From positions 1 to 32,000 of the forward strand of contig CADDZF010000010.1 of the NCBI GenBank assembly GCA_902812445.1: a stretch of 32,000 nucleotides of DNA. The letters run 5' to 3'. A program made the position numbers and the translations under genes. Below the pieces are notes generated by a model. That model ran no database searches. It was not told the origin of the DNA and saw only the letters and a list, made by a program, of their open reading frames with translations. The first letter of the stretch is position 1. Each line of letters opens with the position of its first letter. The DNA comes from Methylococcaceae bacterium. GTDB lineage: Bacteria > Pseudomonadota > Gammaproteobacteria > Methylococcales > Methylococcaceae. Below, piece after piece: positions 27,946 through 32,000 of this stretch.

Positions 27946-29505
27946 GTGTTGATGCGACTCGGCTCCTACCTTTTGCTCTTGCTATTTGTTGTACCGGCGC
28001 TGGCGCAGGAGCAGGCCGCGGCGCCCGAACCGCAACCGGAAAAGCAACCGTCGGCGAAGCCATTCGATTTTGCGGCCGTCGAGCAGAGCGCCCGGGAACT
28101 GGCCAGCAAGCCGTACGCTAGAGATGACGGCGGCATGCCCGAATTCCTTAATAATTACGATTACGATCAATATCGCGACATTCGCTTCAAACCCGAAAAG
28201 GCGCTGTGGAAAGACGAAGGGCTGCCGTTCCAGGTTCAGCTCTTTCATCGCGGCTTTATGTTCAAAGATCGGGTCGTAATCAATGTCATCGACCAGGGGC
28301 AGGCCAGCAAGATCGCCTATACGCCGGAATTGTTCGACTTTGGCAAAAACAAGCTGCCGGGACCGCTACCGCCCGATCTTGGCTTTGCAGGCCTAAGGTT
28401 CCACTATCCGCTGCGGAAGGATGATATTTTCGACGAGATCGCCGTTTTTCTCGGCGCCAGTTACTTCCGCGCAGTGGGTTTGGGCCAGGCATACGGCATT
28501 TCGGCTCGGGCCTTGGCAGTCGATACGGGACTTCCCAAAGCGGAAGAGTTTCCAATATTCAGGGAGTTCTGGATCGAAAAACCGGCCAAGAATGCCGTCG
28601 CACTCACGGTCTACGCCTTGCTCGACAGCCCTAGCGTCACAGGTGCCTATCGTTTCGTCATGCATCCAGGACTCGACTTGACCATCGATGTCAACAGTCA
28701 TGTGTTTTTCCGCCAGACGGTCGAACGTTTCGGCGTCGCCCCGCTCACCAGCATGTTTTTCCACGGTGAAAATACCGACCGCTTCATGGATGACTTTCGG
28801 CCGGAGGTACACGATTCGGACGGTCTCATCATCGGGCGCCACAATGGCGAATGGATATGGCGGCCGCTGAACAACCCTCGCCAGCTTGGCATCAGCGTAT
28901 TTCAGGATACCAGCCCTGCAGGTTTTGGCATCATGCAGAGGGACCGTACGTTTGATCATTACCAGGACCTCGAAGCGCGCTATCACTTGCGCCCCAGCGC
29001 ATGGATCGAAGCGCTTGGCGAATGGGGCGCTGGCGCGGTTTATCTGATCGAAATACCCAGCGATGCCGAAAAGTACGATAACATCGTCGCATTCTGGGTG
29101 CCCGATCGGCCGACGGGCGAGGGCAAGGACTGGACATTCGATTACCGACTGCACTTTATCTTGAATGAATTCATGGCGGATAACGGCGGCAAGGTGACGT
29201 CCAGCCGCATCGGCGCCAGCGGAACGGACGTGCTGCATAGTGAAAACCGCAAGTTCGTCGTGGATTTCGCCAGCGAGTCGCTGGAACTGCTCAGCGACAA
29301 GGCGCCGGTCGAAGCGGACGTCAATGTGTCTTCTGGACAAATCATGAATTCGGTCGTCCACAAAAATTCCGAGAACGGCACGTGGCGCTTGAGCTTTGAG
29401 CTCGTACCGGATAAGGATCGCAATCCAGTCGAGTTACGCGCTTTTCTGAAAGTCGGCGATGAAGTGCTGACCGAAACCTGGGTCTACCAATGGAGTCAAC
29501 ATTGA
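27946..29505 (+). CDS. opgG: Periplasmic glucan biosynthesis protein OpgG/MdoG
   Basis: There is a signal peptide (LLLLLFVVPALAQE). Long collinear similarity to E. coli MdoG includes LGASYFRAVGLGQAYGISARALAVDTGLP..EEFP.FREFWIE, GVAPLTSMF, HDSDGL...NGEWIWRPLNNP and LRPSAWIE. The GTG at 27946 lies 10 nt after GGAGGA. Confidence 0.92.
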   Translation: MLMRLGSYLLLLLFVVPALAQEQAAAPEPQPEKQPSAKPFDFAAVEQSARELASKPYARDDGGMPEFLNNYDYDQYRDIRFKPEKALWKDEGLPFQVQLFHRGFMFKDRVVINVIDQGQASKIAYTPELFDFGKNKLPGPLPPDLGFAGLRFHYPLRKDDIFDEIAVFLGASYFRAVGLGQAYGISARALAVDTGLPKAEEFPIFREFWIEKPAKNAVALTVYALLDSPSVTGAYRFVMHPGLDLTIDVNSHVFFRQTVERFGVAPLTSMFFHGENTDRFMDDFRPEVHDSDGLIIGRHNGEWIWRPLNNPRQLGISVFQDTSPAGFGIMQRDRTFDHYQDLEARYHLRPSAWIEALGEWGAGAVYLIEIPSDAEKYDNIVAFWVPDRPTGEGKDWTFDYRLHFILNEFMADNGGKVTSSRIGASGTDVLHSENRKFVVDFASESLELLSDKAPVEADVNVSSGQIMNSVVHKNSENGTWRLSFELVPDKDRNPVELRAFLKVGDEVLTETWVYQWSQH

Positions 29506-30005
29506 AGTCAACACAGTCCACTGCGGATGCTCCTGCTGCCGGCCCGGCGGTGGCAACAGCGCCCGACCCGGTGTTGCCGGATATCAAAGCGCGGGTAATT
29601 GCTTACTTGCAGCGGTTGCGAGTACGCGATCCGTCGCTGCTGGAGAGCTTGGCCGACGAGTGTCTGCAGCGGGCGCGTAAGCGCAGCGGCGATGCCGGCG
29701 GCCAGCTGATCAGACAGGCGCTCGAAGAGGCGCGGCGGTGCCTCGATCATGCGCTTGTCCGTGCCGCCCATATGAGCAACGCACAGGAGTGTCCTTTGCT
29801 GGCGGGGCTGCGCACTGCGCTGTTGCTGGGCAAGGCCGGCGTAGCGAGCGATGCACTGATGGGCAACTCTGATCGGCAGGCCGAGATCGGGGCTAGTCTG
29901 CGCACGGCGCTGCCGCAGCCGGTTCCGCCAGAAGCTCACTTGCCCATGCCAGAACAAACGCTGAGTTTTCTATTTTGGAAATCTGTTACCCTGCATGAGT
30001 CCTGA
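29490..30005 (+). CDS. Hypothetical 171-aa protein between opgG and opgH (possibly the detached N-terminal cytoplasmic region of OpgH)
   Basis: Codon usage is coding-like. The start overlaps the opgG stop by 16 nt. The C-terminal segment VPPEAHLPMPEQTLSF resembles the segment that, as I recall, precedes TM1 in some OpgH proteins. It ends 27 nt before the first candidate opgH start, in a different frame. Confidence 0.5.
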   Translation: MESTLKSTQSTADAPAAGPAVATAPDPVLPDIKARVIAYLQRLRVRDPSLLESLADECLQRARKRSGDAGGQLIRQALEEARRCLDHALVRAAHMSNAQECPLLAGLRTALLLGKAGVASDALMGNSDRQAEIGASLRTALPQPVPPEAHLPMPEQTLSFLFWKSVTLHES

Positions 30006-30031
30006 AATATGACCAAGGCAGCCTACAGGCC

Positions 30032-32000
30032 GTGAATGCTCCAACCGTGCCGCCGCATCTCCGCATCTTCCGGAGAACGATTTATTGTGTACTCATAATC
30101 TTAAGCACACTGGCGGCGCTCGGCCTACTCACCAGCTCTTTTCTGCAAGACGGCATTACGCCACTGGAATTACTTTTGCTGGTGCTCTATGCGCTATTGA
30201 TGCTGTGGATAAGTACTTCCTTTTGGGCAGCGACCATTGGATTTTGGATTCTGCTTTGGGGCGATCGCATGGCGATTTCGAGGTTCTTGCCGCACAGCGC
30301 CGAGGATCCGGGCGATGCCAAGTCCCATCGCCGCAGCGCGCTGGTCATGCCGATTTACAACGAAGACACGAAGCGGGTGTTTGCAGGTCTAAAAGCGATT
30401 TACCAATCGCTGCTGGAAACCCGTCGGGCGGATGAGTTCGATTTATTCGTTCTGAGCGACACGCGCGATCCTGACATCTGGGTCGAGGAAGAACTCGCGT
30501 GGTATCAGCTATGCGTCGACATGAGCGCACACGGGAAAATATTTTATCGCAACCGGGAAAAAAACAGCGGCCGCAAAAGCGGCAATCTGGCGGATTTCTG
30601 CCGGCGCTGGGGCGGACGTTATCGCTACATGATCGTCCTAGATGCCGATAGCCTGATGGGCGCGAATACCGTGGTCAAAATGGTCGATTTGATGGAAACC
30701 AATCCGCGCATCGCATTGCTGCAGACGGCACCCCTGCCGATCAATCATGAATCGTTGTTCGCGCGTATCTTGCAGTTCGCGAGCAGTCTATACAGCGATA
30801 TTTTCACCGCCGGCATTTCCTTCTGGCAATTATCGGAAAGCAATTATTGGGGCCATAACGCCATCATCCGCGTCAAACCTTTCGTGGAACATTGCGGCTT
30901 GCCCAAACTATCGGGCCGCGAGCCGTTTGGAGGGGAGATCCTGAGTCATGACTTCGTCGAGGCTGCCCTGTTGCGCAAGGCAGGCTGGGAAGTCTGGCTG
31001 GCCTACGACTTAAAGGAAAGCTACGAAGAGCTCCCGCCGACGCTGATCGATTATGCCAAACGCGACCGGCGCTGGTGTCAGGGCAACCTGCAGCACATTC
31101 GCATGGTATTCGCCCGCGGGCTCTCCGGAATCAGCCGGCTGCACTTTTTGATGGGCATCATGTCGTATCTGTCTTCGCCGCTGTGGCTGTTATTTCTGAT
31201 CATTACCGGCATCGAGGCGTATATCAGAACGCAGACCATGCCGGTTTATTTCTTCGGCGACAATATCTTCCCGGTGTGGCCCGAATCCTATGCCGTCGAG
31301 ATGACGACGGTACTCTTGGTGACCTTGGCCATGCTGTTCCTGCCGAAGATTCTCAGCCTATTGCTGCTTTTTATACGCCGCGAACGGGTCCGGGCTTATG
31401 GCGGCGTTTGGAAGGTTACCCTGAGCGCCGTCCTAGAAACGCTGTTCTCGATACTGACCGCGCCGATACTGATGCTATACCAGAGCAAATTCGTCTTCGC
31501 CATACTGTTACGGCGCAGCACAGGCTGGCCGGCACAGCAGCGGGGCGATCACCGTCTGGGCTTCCGGGAAGCGTTTCGGGCTCATGGCGGGCAGACTTTT
31601 GTAGGTCTCATCGCAGGTACGGCAAGCTATTGGTATATCCCAAATTTCTTCTGGTGGCTCATACCGGTGTTGCTGGGGCTGGTCCTGTCGATGCCGGTTT
31701 CGATCATCTCGAGCAGCACCCGCCTCGGCAGGTTGATGCGTCAAATGGGCTTGTTCTTGACGCCGGAAGAATCGGACCCGCCGCGTATCATTCGCCTACT
31801 GCACGAGAATCTGTCTCATACCTCAAGGCATGCCCCGGATCAGGCGAGCGGAATTCATCATGGGATCACAGATCCCGGCGTTTGTGCCTTACATCTTGCG
31901 CTATTGCCCAATCGGCCGATCAGGAAACGCCAGCGTCATGAGCTAAGGGCGCTGGTCTATCAATTGCTGGAGGAAGGTGTGGAGAATTTGTCGGCGAGTG
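30032..32000 (+). CDS. opgH: Glucan biosynthesis glucosyltransferase OpgH/MdoH (3' end outside window)
   Basis: This ORF is missing from the ORF track because it has no stop in the window. My own translation of this frame (codon starts at 3n+2) has no stop from 29999 to 30660 or in the two later stretches I translated (around 31061 and 31922-32000). The absence of any track ORF in this frame after 30000 supports openness in between. Translated stretches include ALVMPIYNEDTKRVFAGLKAIYQSL...LSDTRDPDIWVEE...RKSGNLADFCRRWGGRYRYMIVLDADSLMG and RDRRWCQGNLQH, the GT2 signature of OpgH. The start is GTG at 30032 or 30047 and is uncertain. Confidence 0.9.
   Translation, partial: MNAPTVPPHLRIFRRTIYCVLIILSTLAALGLLTSSFLQDGITPLELLLLVLYALLMLWISTSFWAATIGFWILLWGDRMAISRFLPHSAEDPGDAKSHRRSALVMPIYNEDTKRVFAGLKAIYQSLLETRRADEFDLFVLSDTRDPDIWVEEELAWYQLCVDMSAHGKIFYRNREKNSGRKSGNLADFCRRWGGRYRYMIVLDADSLMGANTVVKMVDLMETNPRIALLQTAPLPINHESLFARILQFASSLYSDIFTAGISFWQLSESNYWGHNAIIRVKPFVEHCGLPKLSGREPFGGEILSHDFVEAALLRKAGWEVWLAYDLKESYEELPPTLIDYAKRDRRWCQGNLQHIRMVFARGLSGISRLHFLMGIMSYLSSPLWLLFLIITGIEAYIRTQTMPVYFFGDNIFPVWPESYAVEMTTVLLVTLAMLFLPKILSLLLLFIRRERVRAYGGVWKVTLSAVLETLFSILTAPILMLYQSKFVFAILLRRSTGWPAQQRGDHRLGFREAFRAHGGQTFVGLIAGTASYWYIPNFFWWLIPVLLGLVLSMPVSIISSSTRLGRLMRQMGLFLTPEESDPPRIIRLLHENLSHTSRHAPDQASGIHHGITDPGVCALHLALLPNRPIRKRQRHELRALVYQLLEEGVENLSAS

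Noticed and set aside
30085-31941. Track ORFs at 30085-30435, 30747-30944 and 31075-31941 (+), and 31508-31744 (-).
   Set aside because: All lie out of frame inside opgH. The true frame is absent from the track only because it has no stop in the window.

Overview
This is a roughly 58% GC window that looks like chromosome from a gammaproteobacterium, judging by gene content and order. All family calls come from reading the translations. No searches were run. Most of the window is housekeeping. On the minus strand: a prfB-lysS pair with the classic RF2 +1 frameshift site, a full SUF Fe-S operon (Rrf2 regulator-sufBCDS-sufU-Rieske ferredoxin), thiC behind a TPP riboswitch, and an NhaD-type antiporter. 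On the plus strand: minCDE, then opgG and the start of opgH, which runs off the 3' end. The first ~5.3 kb looks accessory. An IS630 transposase tail and a decayed MT-A70 methyltransferase fragment bracket an OmpR/histidine-kinase pair. That pair is divergent from a two-gene unit encoding an unknown exported protein and a small EF-hand protein. The best candidate for an undescribed system is a tightly coupled four-gene cassette at 25335-27614: two paralogous DUF1538-like membrane proteins, a PII-like protein with a short T-loop lacking Tyr, and a CBS-pair protein. It reads like a ligand-gated transporter of unknown substrate. Other points worth a second look are a 171-aa ORF between opgG and opgH that may be a detached OpgH N-terminus, a GDSL lipase with a VPLPA/PEP-CTERM-type tail, a 133-bp imperfect palindrome beside the IS remnant, and a wHTH protein with a Lys/Pro/Glu repeat tail after minE. 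I recognised no tRNA, rRNA or CRISPR array.
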